The notes beneath the pieces are model-generated. The model did not search any database. It was not told where the DNA came from and worked only from the letters and a program-made list of their open reading frames with translations. Of a stretch of 64,000 nucleotides of DNA, positions 10,154 to 19,878 are shown in pieces. Origin of the DNA: an uncultured Clostridia bacterium (GTDB lineage Bacteria > Bacillota > Clostridia > UBA1381 > UMGS1253); the NCBI GenBank assembly GCA_934457145.1, contig CAKSHP010000007.1, positions 5,162 to 69,161 on the forward strand, in the 5' to 3' direction. Each line of letters opens with the position of its first letter. The first letter of the stretch is position 1. The translations under genes were made by a program, and so were the position numbers.

Positions 10154-10426
10154 TTACTTCGACGATTTAGCGCCTGCATGACCTTTGTAGGTTCTTGTAG
10201 GAGCAAATTCGCCAAGCTTATGACCTACCATATCCTCACTAATGAATACCGGCACATGCTTTCTGCCATCATGAACTGCTATTGTATGACCAACCATTTC
10301 AGGGAATATAGTTGATGATCTTGACCATGTCTTTACTACGTTTTTCGTATTAGCCTCATTCATTGCAACGATTCTTTTCATTAATCTTTCTTCAACGTAA
10401 GGGCCTTTTTTAATGGATCTTCCCAT
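10154..10426 (-). CDS. rpsS: 30S ribosomal protein uS19
   Basis: 90 aa; [42 protein letters not shown]. Confidence 0.97.
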   Translation of the reverse strand: MGRSIKKGPYVEERLMKRIVAMNEANTKNVVKTWSRSSTIFPEMVGHTIAVHDGRKHVPVFISEDMVGHKLGEFAPTRTYKGHAGAKSSK

Positions 10427-10467
10427 TCGATTTCCTCCTTCCGGTCAACATAAAACTTTATGCCAAA

Positions 10468-11298
10468 TTACTTTTCGTTTCTTCTCTTGATAATAAACTT
10501 ATTGGACTTGTTCTTTTTAGATCTTGTCTTAAGACCAAGCGCCGGTTTACCCCAGGGTGTTACAGGAGAAGGTCTGCCTATAGGAGACTTACCCTCACCA
10601 CCGCCGTGAGGATGGTCGCACGGGTTCATTACGCTACCGCGAACAGTAGGTCGCCAACCCATATGACGTTTTCTTCCGGCCTTACCGATTTTTATGTTTT
10701 CATAATCGAGGTTACCAACCTGACCGATTGTTGCCTTACAGTCAAGTCTTATCATTCTTACTTCACCGGAGGGCAAACGAACCTGCGCATATCCTCCGTC
10801 TTTAGCCATAAGCTGCGCTGCTACACCTGCACTTCTTACAAGCTGCGCACCTTTGCCGGGCCAAAGCTCAACATTGTGAATCATTGTACCAACCGGGATA
10901 TCTGCAATAAACATTGAGTTTCCGGGTTTAATGTCAGCACCGTTGCCGTTTTGCAGCACATCGCCCACTTTTAAGCCGAGAGGAGCAATGATATATTTCT
11001 TCTCGCCGTCTTCGTACTGTACAAGGGCAATGTTTGCACTTCTGTTAGGATCGTATTCGATCGTCAAAACAGTAGCTGTGCCTTCTTTATCTCTTTTGAA
11101 GTCGATTACTCTGTATTTTCTGCGATTTCCGCCGCCGCGATGACGTATGGTAATCTTGCCGTATGAATTTCTGCCTGCATTCTTTTTAATAGGTTCTAAC
11201 AATGAACGCTCCGGAGTATTTGTCGTAATTTCTTCGAAAGCCGACACTGTCATAAATCTTCTTGCAGGAGAAGTAGGATTATACTTTTTAATCGCCAT
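10468..11298 (-). CDS. rplB: 50S ribosomal protein uL2
   Basis: 276 aa; [14 protein letters not shown]...[16 protein letters not shown]. Confidence 0.97.
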   Translation of the reverse strand: MAIKKYNPTSPARRFMTVSAFEEITTNTPERSLLEPIKKNAGRNSYGKITIRHRGGGNRRKYRVIDFKRDKEGTATVLTIEYDPNRSANIALVQYEDGEKKYIIAPLGLKVGDVLQNGNGADIKPGNSMFIADIPVGTMIHNVELWPGKGAQLVRSAGVAAQLMAKDGGYAQVRLPSGEVRMIRLDCKATIGQVGNLDYENIKIGKAGRKRHMGWRPTVRGSVMNPCDHPHGGGEGKSPIGRPSPVTPWGKPALGLKTRSKKNKSNKFIIKRRNEK

Positions 11299-11340
11299 CC
11301 TAATTTCACTCCTTATCTGTTAAATATCAGTTTTTTCACT

Positions 11341-11634
11341 TTACGCAATACCATCGAAAAATTCGATTGTTTTGCTGTCTTCCTTAAGCTTTACGATAGC
11401 CTTTTTATAGGAAGCGCGTCTTCCTTCGTTAGCGCCCATTCTCTTTTTCTTACCGTCCATATTGATGGTGGTAACTTTCATAACGCTTACTCCGAAAATT
11501 TCTTCGATTGCTTTTGCAATCTGAATTTTATTTGCACCTTTGGCAACCTTGAAAGTGTACTTGCGGTCTGCCATCATATCCATCGAACGCTCTGTAACAA
11601 CAGGCGCTATAATTATATCATGAGCAAATGTCAT
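11341..11634 (-). CDS. rplW: 50S ribosomal protein uL23
   Basis: L23-like sequence (IIAPVVTERS, KYTFKV). Start placed at the ATG that overlaps the rplD TGA stop (ATGA), rather than at the upstream GTG of the track ORF. Confidence 0.9.
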   Translation of the reverse strand: MTFAHDIIIAPVVTERSMDMMADRKYTFKVAKGANKIQIAKAIEEIFGVSVMKVTTINMDGKKKRMGANEGRRASYKKAIVKLKEDSKTIEFFDGIA

Positions 11635-12257
11635 AATGCGCACACCTCCTCAATTTTTTCAATAGCATCTTTTGCCACAATAAACTTTTTGTGGTTTAAA
11701 ATATCATAAACATTAAGCTCTCCAACGTAGCTTGCGTCTGCATTTTTAATGTTTCGAATTGAGCAGTAAGCATTTTTATCGTTTTGTGCAGTTACAACCA
11801 ACGCTTTTTCACTCACGCCGAGCGCAGCAAGCATTTTAACAGCAGCTGCGGTTTTAATCTCGTCAAACTTAAGATCTTCAACAACTATAATGTTGTCTTC
11901 TGCCGCTTTTGTTGTAAGAGCCATCTTCATAGCAAGCTTTTTAACCTTCTTATTCAAACGATAAGAATAGTCTCTGGGCTTCGGTGCAAAAACAACACCG
12001 CCGCCTGTCCACTGAGGAGCGCGAATGCTTCCCTGTCTTGCTCTGCCTGTACCTTTCTGTCTCCAGGGCTTAATGCCGCCACCGCGAACTTCCGTACGGG
12101 TAAGTGCACTCTGTGTGCCCTGTCTCTGATTGGCAAGGTAATTTACAACCACGTCGTGGAGCACTGATTTATTTACTTCTACAGCGAATATTTCATCTTT
12201 AACTTCAATAGTTCCTTTTTTATCGCCGTTCATGTTGTATAAATTCAATGTAGCCAT
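11631..12257 (-). CDS. rplD: 50S ribosomal protein uL4
   Basis: 208 aa; RGGGIKPWRQKGTGRARQGSIRAPQWTGGGVVF. Confidence 0.97.
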   Translation of the reverse strand: MATLNLYNMNGDKKGTIEVKDEIFAVEVNKSVLHDVVVNYLANQRQGTQSALTRTEVRGGGIKPWRQKGTGRARQGSIRAPQWTGGGVVFAPKPRDYSYRLNKKVKKLAMKMALTTKAAEDNIIVVEDLKFDEIKTAAAVKMLAALGVSEKALVVTAQNDKNAYCSIRNIKNADASYVGELNVYDILNHKKFIVAKDAIEKIEEVCAL

Positions 12258-12285
12258 TTACCTACATCCTCCTTTCTTCAAGCAT

Positions 12286-12915
12286 TTACGCCTTTACCGA
12301 ATTTTTTATAACAATCAATCCGCCCTTTGCACCGGGAATACCGCCCTTTATGCAAATGAGATTGTTTTCTTTATCAACTTTAACTATTTCAAGGTTCTGA
12401 ACCGTTACCTTGTCAACACCCATGTGTCCGGGAAGCTTCTTGCCCTTCATAACTTTTGAAGGATCCGAGCATGCGCCCATTGAACCGGAACCTCTGTGAT
12501 AACCGGAGCCGTGTGCCTTAGGACCGATGTGCTGACCGTGTCTTTTTATAGAACCGGCAAATCCTTTACCTTTTGAAATACCTGTTACGTCAATCTTGTC
12601 GCCTGCGGCAAATGTGTCTACTGCGATCTGATCGCCAACATTAAGAGCATTTACATCATCTAATCTAAACTCTCTTAAAAATCTCTTAATCGGAACGTCT
12701 GCCTTAGCAAAATGACCTTTCATAGGTTTGTTTGCAAGCTTTTCTTTTTTAGCAAGAAAACCAACCTGCACGGCGTCATAACCGTCTGTTTCAACAGTTT
12801 TCTTTTGAACAACAACGTTCGGTTCTGCGCTGATAACAGTTACCGGAACAACTTTTCCGTCTTCCATGAAAATCTGCGTCATACCGATTTTTGTTCCCAA
12901 AATTGCTTTTTTCAT
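12286..12915 (-). CDS. rplC: 50S ribosomal protein uL3
   Basis: 209 aa; [16 protein letters not shown]...[12 protein letters not shown]. Confidence 0.97.
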   Translation of the reverse strand: MKKAILGTKIGMTQIFMEDGKVVPVTVISAEPNVVVQKKTVETDGYDAVQVGFLAKKEKLANKPMKGHFAKADVPIKRFLREFRLDDVNALNVGDQIAVDTFAAGDKIDVTGISKGKGFAGSIKRHGQHIGPKAHGSGYHRGSGSMGACSDPSKVMKGKKLPGHMGVDKVTVQNLEIVKVDKENNLICIKGGIPGAKGGLIVIKNSVKA

Positions 12916-12990
12916 ATTCCTTTCGTCCTCCTTATAGGTTATTGGTTTGCAGTAAGGTCTGCAAACTTGACCCGCAACAGCAAATTACTG

Positions 12991-13302
12991 TTACAACTTA
13001 ATCTCGATGTCAACGCCTGCCGGCAAATCGAGTTTTGTCAGAGCTTCTATTGTTTTCTGAGTGGGAACGAGCACATCGATTAATCTTTTGTGTGTTCTCA
13101 TCTCAAACTGCTCTCTCGAATCCTTGTACTTATGAACTGCGCGAAGAATTGTTACAACTTCTTTTTTTGTGGGAAGCGGGATAGGTCCCGACACCTTTGC
13201 GCCTGTTCTCTTGGCTGTTTCAACGATCTTCTCTGCCGACTGATCGATTAAAGCATGATCGTAAGCCTTAAGTCTGATTCTGATTGTCTGAGTTGCTGCC
13301 AT
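12991..13302 (-). CDS. rpsJ: 30S ribosomal protein uS10
   Basis: 103 aa; [49 protein letters not shown]. Confidence 0.97.
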   Translation of the reverse strand: MAATQTIRIRLKAYDHALIDQSAEKIVETAKRTGAKVSGPIPLPTKKEVVTILRAVHKYKDSREQFEMRTHKRLIDVLVPTQKTIEALTKLDLPAGVDIEIKL

Positions 13303-13395
13303 AAGTTTTACCTCCTTAAACGATTAAAATTTAGTTGTTCCATACGACAGCACGCACTTTCTAATTTACACCCTGCCGGGTGTTTCCGTATCCCT

Positions 13396-13440
13396 TTAAA
13401 TTAAAACCCAGATTTCCCGCCTGTCGGGCATAACCTGGGC
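13396..13440 (-). terminator. Terminator-like hairpin inside the long rpsJ leader (candidate attenuator)
   Basis: The minus-strand RNA reads CCCAG-N23-CUGGG, enclosing an inner CCCG-ACAGG-CGGG hairpin, and is followed by UUUUAAUUU. It lies about 95 nt upstream of the rpsJ ATG. Confidence 0.4.
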
Positions 13441-13621
13441 AAAACACGCACCAAAAGCGCAGCGCAGCATCGCTGAGCGCTCTTTTTCTCACAAGGGTGT
13501 ATACTATTAGTGCAGCGTGACTTGTCGCCCGGTTTCAAGAATCGGACATTCTCCACAGAAAAACCAAACTTTACAGTCTGCAACCTCCTGTTTCATCGTA
13601 TGCCTTGTCACAACGCTATCT

Positions 13622-13650
13622 ATTATACCGCATTTTCCTATATAAATCAA
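13622..13650 (-). promoter_or_regulatory. Sigma-A type promoter of the S10 ribosomal operon
   Basis: The minus strand reads TTGATT, a 17-nt spacer, then TATAAT. AT-rich UP-like DNA lies immediately upstream (13651-13715). Confidence 0.6.
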
Positions 13651-13835
13651 GCTTTTTTGCAAAATTAGTTTGAAAATTTATATAAAATTTTTCACGAAAT
13701 TTTATATAAATTTTTGTATATTTTGCACAATGTGTTTTTTATCCGCTACTGTTGTGTCTTATTGCTGTTTTTTGCTTATTTTTTATTTTGCTGCTAAAAA
13801 CTAAACAGTAAACAGACTTTTTCGTCCTGTACTTT

Positions 13836-13864
13836 TCATATACCTCCGCTCTGCATCATATAAA
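13836..13864 (+). promoter_or_regulatory. Possible sigma-E-like sporulation promoter for spoIIP
   Basis: TCATATA, 14 nt, CATATAAA, about 60 nt upstream of the spoIIP ATG. Partial match to the B. subtilis sigma-E consensus (kmATATT ... CATACA-T) as I recall it. Confidence 0.3.
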
Positions 13865-13922
13865 TATAACTGTATAAGCCTCTCCTTATAAAACCATTTT
13901 CAAAAGAAAGCCGGTAAATTTT

Positions 13923-15068
13923 ATGAAGCAAAAAAAATTTCATGCAGTATTAATAAGTAAATCTTCAATTATAAAATTCTTTGCACTGATTCTTTGTATC
14001 GGCACAGCTGTGTATTTTTCAAAACACATTTCTCTGCCGCGCCTTAACGAAAACAGTTTTTCAAAAATTGCAGACATTGCCCTTGACCTGTCGGTCCCAC
14101 GCACTAAAAATCAAAAACTCGATTTAGAGTTTAACTTTTTTGCAAAAACAGCAGTCCGCGCCGCCGGGCTTGAAATATTTTCGCCATACACTTCTTATGA
14201 AAACTATACAGATGCTCCATCTGCTCCGGACTCTCTGCCGTACACTCCTCTTGCCGACTCACCTTCACCGTCACCGAGCGCACCGCCTGTTACAGACAAT
14301 TCAAATATAGTAGAAAAAACCTTTTCGGGAAAGTATGCCGCAGTTTCTGTAGATAACAAAACAAATTTCACCATAGACACCTCAGCCTTGTTAAACGCGC
14401 CCTTTTCAATAAAACAGCCCGGTTCGGACCCGCTTGTATTAATAGTACATACTCACTCAACCGAAAGCTACACACCATCTCAAAATTATAACTACACCCC
14501 AACCTCAAACAGCCGTACCACCGATAAAAATTATAATATAATACGAGTCGGAGACGAATTTGAAAAAGGGCTTAGAGAAAACGGCATAAATGTTATCCAT
14601 GACACCTCTTTAAACGACTATCCTTCCTACAACGGCTCTTACAAAAAAACTCTCGGCGTTATTGAAGATTATTTAAAAAAGTATCCGTCAATACAAATAG
14701 TATTGGATGTTCACCGCGACAGTATGACCGCCTCCGACGGAACCAAATATAAAGTTTCAACCGAAATAGACGGCAAAAAGTGTGCGCAGCTTATGATAGT
14801 TGCCGGCACTTCTCAAGGCGGTCTGCCGCACCCCGACTGGCAGGAAAATTTAAAACTTGCCTTAAAATTTCAAAGCAAGCTGAATTCCGATTATAACAAA
14901 ATTGCCCGTCCGCTCTCTCTTCGCACGGAACGTTTTAACACCCATGCCACAAAAGGCTCAATGATTATCGAAGTCGGCACCGACGGCAACACGTTAGACG
15001 AAGCAATTTTATGCGCATCATATGCGTCAAAGTCAATTGCAGACGTTATAAAATCTCAGATTAATTAA
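13923..15068 (+). CDS. spoIIP: Stage II sporulation protein P (SpoIIP family cell-wall hydrolase)
   Basis: 381 aa with an N-terminal TM segment and a Pro/Ser linker. LVLIVHTHSTESYTP and VLDVHRDS motifs typical of SpoIIP. Confidence 0.85.
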   Translation: MKQKKFHAVLISKSSIIKFFALILCIGTAVYFSKHISLPRLNENSFSKIADIALDLSVPRTKNQKLDLEFNFFAKTAVRAAGLEIFSPYTSYENYTDAPSAPDSLPYTPLADSPSPSPSAPPVTDNSNIVEKTFSGKYAAVSVDNKTNFTIDTSALLNAPFSIKQPGSDPLVLIVHTHSTESYTPSQNYNYTPTSNSRTTDKNYNIIRVGDEFEKGLRENGINVIHDTSLNDYPSYNGSYKKTLGVIEDYLKKYPSIQIVLDVHRDSMTASDGTKYKVSTEIDGKKCAQLMIVAGTSQGGLPHPDWQENLKLALKFQSKLNSDYNKIARPLSLRTERFNTHATKGSMIIEVGTDGNTLDEAILCASYASKSIADVIKSQIN

Positions 15069-15072
15069 AAAT

Positions 15073-15123
15073 AAAAGGGCATATGCGGCAAACCGAAATC
15101 ATTTTGCCGCAACGCCCTTTTAA
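15073..15123. terminator. Bidirectional intrinsic terminator between convergent genes
   Basis: AAAAGGGC..GCGGCAAA-N-TTTGCCGC..GCCCTTTT, an extended hairpin flanked by an A-run and a T-run. Confidence 0.7.
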
Positions 15124-15150
15124 ACAGTACAACTTTCTAAAAACTCATTT

Positions 15151-16647
15151 TTATTCAATGACCGCCCTGCACATATCAACAGCAGGCATAATATTTTCCA
15201 AATCTCCAAAGCACATAACATAAACGCTTTTCGCTCCGCTTTGCAAAACACTCGCACTTGCGCTGCCGTTTTCAACCTTCGCTGTCTTCACTTCGATTAA
15301 CTTTCCTTTCGCATTGTACACGGCAAATACAGCTGTTTTGTTTTCCGCAAGCGATGAAAAGCAGGCCGTTATGTTATACTTATCTCCGCTTTTTGCCGCC
15401 TTTGCGCTCATTTTTGCAATAGCAGTCTTTTTTATTTCGGATTCTTCGTCGTTTGCGCCTCTCCTTAATTCAAAAAACACATAGTCGCCGTCTTTTTGAC
15501 ACGCAATTTTAAATCCGTAAATAGATTTTTCGCCGCTTTCGTAGCTGTACACGGTCTGAACATTTGAATTTAAATCAATTTTGCATATTTTATCCGGCGT
15601 GTTAAAATATATTTCTCCGCCGTAAACATCAAGTCCGCTAAACACTCCGCTCCAAAAATATCCCGGCTTATCCGCCACGCTCCACCTGTCCGTAAAGCTG
15701 TAAACACTCTCACGCACTCCGCTTGAATATGTATATGCTTCAATCGTTTTTTCAGTCTGGTTAATAAAAAGCCATTTTCCGTTGTAATACGGTATCTTGC
15801 TTTTTGCCTCAGACCAAAACGCATTTTCAAACTCCGTGTCACTCACAGTGTGTTTCATTTGAAAATCGTAATGTCCCGCAGCAGTTATACCTTCATCCGT
15901 AACTAAAAAATTATTGTGCATTGCTCTGCCGGCGCTGTCCGGCAGCGGATCGTCCCACGTCACATCAACATGATACCATTTTCCGTCAATCTTAACAATG
16001 TTCCACATGTGGTTCATATTTTCGCTTACCGCATAGTCACACTCTATTTTCAGCTTATCCATAACCGCTTTAAACGCAATCGAATATGCCTGGCAGACTC
16101 CGCTCTTCGTTTCAAAAAGCTCAAGCGGCGTATACTTTTCATATGTGGTATCGTATGAAAACTCCGTGCAAAAATAATCGTGCACGCTAAGCACCTTTTC
16201 CGCATCGCTCATTTCGTCTTTTGCACAGGACGCAGCCTTCTGTATCTCATCTTCAAAAAATGCCTTTTTTGCTTTCGCCTGTTCTTTTTCAAAAAGATAC
16301 ACCGGCCTTGCCTCAACAACTATTTTTGTGCTCGGTATGTATGAACACGGAAACGAACGCGCGCTCACATAAAACAGCTCCGGATTATCATAAACTATGT
16401 TGCTTGCAATTAACTGATATTCTTCAAGCGTCAGATTATAGCGGCTAAGGTTTATGCTTTCCTTAAAAGCTTTTATTCCCTCAATCAGCTCGCTTCGCGC
16501 AGCGTCTAAATTGTCTGCCTCCGCCAGTTCATACACCATTTGCGGCATCTTCGGTATCTCCACTGCCGCCTCTTTTGCGCTTGCCGTCATCAATCCGAAA
16601 ACGAACATCATAAAAAATGCCGTAAAAAACTTTTTCAAAAAATCCAC
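15151..16647 (-). CDS. Secreted transglutaminase-like (Cys-His-Asp core) protein
   Basis: Signal peptide MDFLKKFFTAFFMMFVFGLMTASA. GVCQAYSIAFKAVMDKL...HMWNIVKIDGKWYHVDVTWDD matches the transglutaminase-like C/H/D core. Confidence 0.7.
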   Translation of the reverse strand: MDFLKKFFTAFFMMFVFGLMTASAKEAAVEIPKMPQMVYELAEADNLDAARSELIEGIKAFKESINLSRYNLTLEEYQLIASNIVYDNPELFYVSARSFPCSYIPSTKIVVEARPVYLFEKEQAKAKKAFFEDEIQKAASCAKDEMSDAEKVLSVHDYFCTEFSYDTTYEKYTPLELFETKSGVCQAYSIAFKAVMDKLKIECDYAVSENMNHMWNIVKIDGKWYHVDVTWDDPLPDSAGRAMHNNFLVTDEGITAAGHYDFQMKHTVSDTEFENAFWSEAKSKIPYYNGKWLFINQTEKTIEAYTYSSGVRESVYSFTDRWSVADKPGYFWSGVFSGLDVYGGEIYFNTPDKICKIDLNSNVQTVYSYESGEKSIYGFKIACQKDGDYVFFELRRGANDEESEIKKTAIAKMSAKAAKSGDKYNITACFSSLAENKTAVFAVYNAKGKLIEVKTAKVENGSASASVLQSGAKSVYVMCFGDLENIMPAVDMCRAVIE

Positions 16648-16684
16648 ATCCCCTCAAGTCGCATTAATTAAAAAACACAAATTT

Positions 16685-17806
16685 TTACCAGTATCCTTTG
16701 GATATTCCCATTATTCTGCAAAGCGCCTCCGCAAAATAATAATCTCCGTAAATAAGCGACACATTAATATTAATTCCGTTTGGCATGTGTCCTGTTGCTT
16801 CGGTTATTATTCCTTCGCTTTCATATTCATATCTGGAGCTGTAATTTTTATAAAGTTCCTCAACAATTTTCTGTGCTGTCTCTTTGTAGCGCACATCTTT
16901 CGTTGCATCATACAGCTCCATAAAGCCGTTTGCAATTATTCCCGCTGCCGATGTGTCTCTCGGCACCTGACGGTTTCCTTTAAATATCATATCCCACTTC
17001 GGAATAAGGTTTTCCTCCGTAAGCTCTAAGAACTTTTGCGCACAGCCCTTTGATGTGTGCAAAAACAATTCATTCTTTGTAAATCTGTATGCCATCGCAA
17101 AACCGGTAATTGCCCAGCCCTGACCTCTTGCCCAGCAGGAAGTGTCAGAATATCCCTGATGAGTTTGCTCAAAGCGCGGTGTTCCGTCCGGATTAAACAC
17201 AAATGTATGCGCCGTTGTGTAATCATCTCTTACAAGATATTTCTGTGCAGCCGTTGCGTGCGAATATGCCACATCATAATATTTTTTATCGCCGAACATT
17301 TCATAACAGCGCCAGAGAAGAGGCAAATTATACATGCAGTCAATAATCATTCTGTATAAATTATTTTTTCCAAACTCGCTTTCTCCCCACTGATCCCATG
17401 CCTGTATGTACCCGCCGTCTTTTTTAAATCTTTCGCAAAGCGCATCCGCCGCTTTTTTGCAAATCTCTTTTGAGTGCTCATTTTTAAAGAGCGCATAATC
17501 AGCATATGCCGAAGGCGAGAAAAGCATTCCTATGTCGTGTCCCAAAGATTTTCCCTTTTCGTCTAAAATCTTTTCAAGCTTTACCAAAAGCTTGTCATTT
17601 GTATTTTTAAAAATTTCATCTCCGCTCATCTCATAGCAAAGATAATTTATTCCGGTGTAAAATCCGCCTGTCCAGCCGCAATTTTCACTTCTGTCATATT
17701 TTTTATTGTCTGTGCAGTGCGGAAAAGAATCGCCGATTTTCTCGCAGTTTAATCTCTGTTTTTTTAACACAAAATCCTTAATCTCATTTAACATAGCCTT
17801 AACCAT
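16685..17806 (-). CDS. Unsaturated glucuronyl / rhamnogalacturonyl hydrolase (GH88/GH105-type six-hairpin enzyme)
   Basis: 373 aa; IIDCMYNLPLLW and CWARGQGWAITGFAMAY motifs; no signal peptide. Confidence 0.75.
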   Translation of the reverse strand: MVKAMLNEIKDFVLKKQRLNCEKIGDSFPHCTDNKKYDRSENCGWTGGFYTGINYLCYEMSGDEIFKNTNDKLLVKLEKILDEKGKSLGHDIGMLFSPSAYADYALFKNEHSKEICKKAADALCERFKKDGGYIQAWDQWGESEFGKNNLYRMIIDCMYNLPLLWRCYEMFGDKKYYDVAYSHATAAQKYLVRDDYTTAHTFVFNPDGTPRFEQTHQGYSDTSCWARGQGWAITGFAMAYRFTKNELFLHTSKGCAQKFLELTEENLIPKWDMIFKGNRQVPRDTSAAGIIANGFMELYDATKDVRYKETAQKIVEELYKNYSSRYEYESEGIITEATGHMPNGININVSLIYGDYYFAEALCRIMGISKGYW

Positions 17807-17812
17807 CCTTGT

Positions 17813-19867
17813 TTATTTTTTTATTTTTATAATTTTTACTCCGTATGAACCCATTTCAATATACTCTCCGACTTCTTCGCCGGTCAAAATATCCGTTCCT
17901 TTAATATGCGGATGCTCTATCGTGCACTCGCTCGGGCTGTAGTTTTCTATAAATAAATATTTGTTTTCATCGTCTTCTCTTGTGTGCGCACTCAAATATT
18001 CATAAGGCTCAAAATCTCCCAAAGCGCGTTCAAGTGCAAGCTCATCAATGAGCTCTCTGTAAAACACATTCAAAAACGCTCCGCCCTCGTCGCGCATAGC
18101 AATATAATATGCCTTTCCTTTTCCGTATTCATTTACCGTCACAGCCGGCTCTCCGGCATAAAAGTCCTTGTTATAAGAACATATCGCCTTTGCCGAGGTC
18201 AGATGTATAATATCTAACATATCCTTTGCCCTATAGAAATTTCCTTTATATCCGATCGAATTTGTCACTTTCTGTCCGGGCCAGAAGCTTTCCGTTTCCT
18301 CGTCCCAGATTCCGAAAACATCTTTAAGCTTTCCTGCCGGAAATCCTCCCGTATAGCACAAATCGTTTTCGTCAACCATTCCCGAAAGATATGTCATAAC
18401 AGCGTTTCCCCCGTTTTTAACATAGCTTTCAATCTTTTCTTCAATACCTGATTTTATCATGTAAAGCATTGGCATAATAACCAAATCATAATTTTTAAAA
18501 TCATCATCTGCGCTTATAATATCAACGTTTACTCCGTTTTTCCAAAAAGGAGTGTAATGCTCGATACAAGTGTTAACATAATTTCTTTGTATGTTGTTAA
18601 ATCCTACAAATGTCTTAAGCGCCATTCTGTTTTCCCAGTCAAAAACTATTGCAACCTTGCTTTTAACCCGGCTTCCGACAAGTCCGTCAAGCTTCTTTAG
18701 CGCACTTCCAACCTCTGCCACATCTTTAAACACTCTCGTCTTATCCGTGGCACAATGGTCAACCACCGCACCGTGAAACTTCTCCGAACCGCCTCTGCCT
18801 TTTCTCCACTGGAAGTAAAGCACGCTGTCTGCGCCGTGAGCTATCGCCTGCATGGAAGAAAGCATGTGCATTCCCGGCTTTTTTAAACGGTTTACTTCTT
18901 TCCAGTTCACTAAGCTCGGCGTGCTTTCCATTAAATAAAACGGCTTTTTAAGCATACTTCTCATATAATCATGATTAAATGCCGCGCGCGCCGCCGTATA
19001 TTTTTCATCGCCGCTGTGCCACGCAGGATAGCTGTCCCAGGACACAAAGTCAAGCTCTTTTGCCCACTTTGCATAATTATACTTATCAAAATCGCTCTCC
19101 ATAAAATTAGTGGTAATAGGCTGCGACGCATATTTTTTCACCGCATCTCTTTCCATTTTCATAAAATCAAGCTGCATATCCGAACAGTATCTGTCCCAGT
19201 CAATATTAAGCCCCATAAAGCTGTTTTCTCTGCCGGCGCAGTATCCCGGCGCCTCAATTTCATCCCAGTCAGTAAACTCATGGCTCCAAAAATATGTCCA
19301 GTATGCCGCATTTAATTTTTTAATATCCGAATTAAATTTCTTTTTTAAATACTCGCGAAATCCCTTCACACAGTCTTCGCAATAACACTTGCTTCCGTAT
19401 TCGTTTGACAAATGCCACCCGATAACCGCCGGATGATTTCCGTATCTTTGCGCAAGCTTTTCATCAATAATTTTAACCTTTTGTCTGTATATTTCAGAGC
19501 AATAGCAATGGTTATGGCGATGCGAATACATCATACGCTGTCCGTTTTCCTCCGTCTGCATAACAGACGGATATTTTTTGACAAGCCATGCCGGTCTTGC
19601 TCCCGATGGTGTTGCCATGATAACTTTTTTCCCCGCGGCGTTTAATTTGTCAAGCACCATATCCATATAAGAAAAATCAAACTTTCCCTCCTCCGGCTCA
19701 TAAAGCGTCCATGCAAAAATTCCAACGCTGAACACATTGCATCCCGCCTTATCCATCAGCAAAATATCTTCATCAACAATCCCCTCATACTCCTTCCACT
19801 GATCCGGATTATAATCTCCTCCGTGCGCCATGTGCAAAAAGTTTTCAAGTGCATACACCTTTTCCAT
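17813..19867 (-). CDS. GH42 beta-galactosidase
   Basis: 684 aa; GWHLSNEYG (acid/base Glu) and LMESTPS (nucleophile Glu) motifs, with GH42 length and organisation. Confidence 0.85.
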   Translation of the reverse strand: MEKVYALENFLHMAHGGDYNPDQWKEYEGIVDEDILLMDKAGCNVFSVGIFAWTLYEPEEGKFDFSYMDMVLDKLNAAGKKVIMATPSGARPAWLVKKYPSVMQTEENGQRMMYSHRHNHCYCSEIYRQKVKIIDEKLAQRYGNHPAVIGWHLSNEYGSKCYCEDCVKGFREYLKKKFNSDIKKLNAAYWTYFWSHEFTDWDEIEAPGYCAGRENSFMGLNIDWDRYCSDMQLDFMKMERDAVKKYASQPITTNFMESDFDKYNYAKWAKELDFVSWDSYPAWHSGDEKYTAARAAFNHDYMRSMLKKPFYLMESTPSLVNWKEVNRLKKPGMHMLSSMQAIAHGADSVLYFQWRKGRGGSEKFHGAVVDHCATDKTRVFKDVAEVGSALKKLDGLVGSRVKSKVAIVFDWENRMALKTFVGFNNIQRNYVNTCIEHYTPFWKNGVNVDIISADDDFKNYDLVIMPMLYMIKSGIEEKIESYVKNGGNAVMTYLSGMVDENDLCYTGGFPAGKLKDVFGIWDEETESFWPGQKVTNSIGYKGNFYRAKDMLDIIHLTSAKAICSYNKDFYAGEPAVTVNEYGKGKAYYIAMRDEGGAFLNVFYRELIDELALERALGDFEPYEYLSAHTREDDENKYLFIENYSPSECTIEHPHIKGTDILTGEEVGEYIEMGSYGVKIIKIKK

Positions 19868-19878
19868 CTCTTTTCCTC

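Noticed and set aside
13401-13583. 60-aa minus-strand ORF inside the rpsJ leader
   Set aside because: Its TTG start is directly abutted by the AGGAGG-like sequence (no spacer), and its composition is Cys/Arg-rich. It is more likely a by-product of GC-rich structured RNA. A 29-codon ATG ORF in another frame is equally unsupported.
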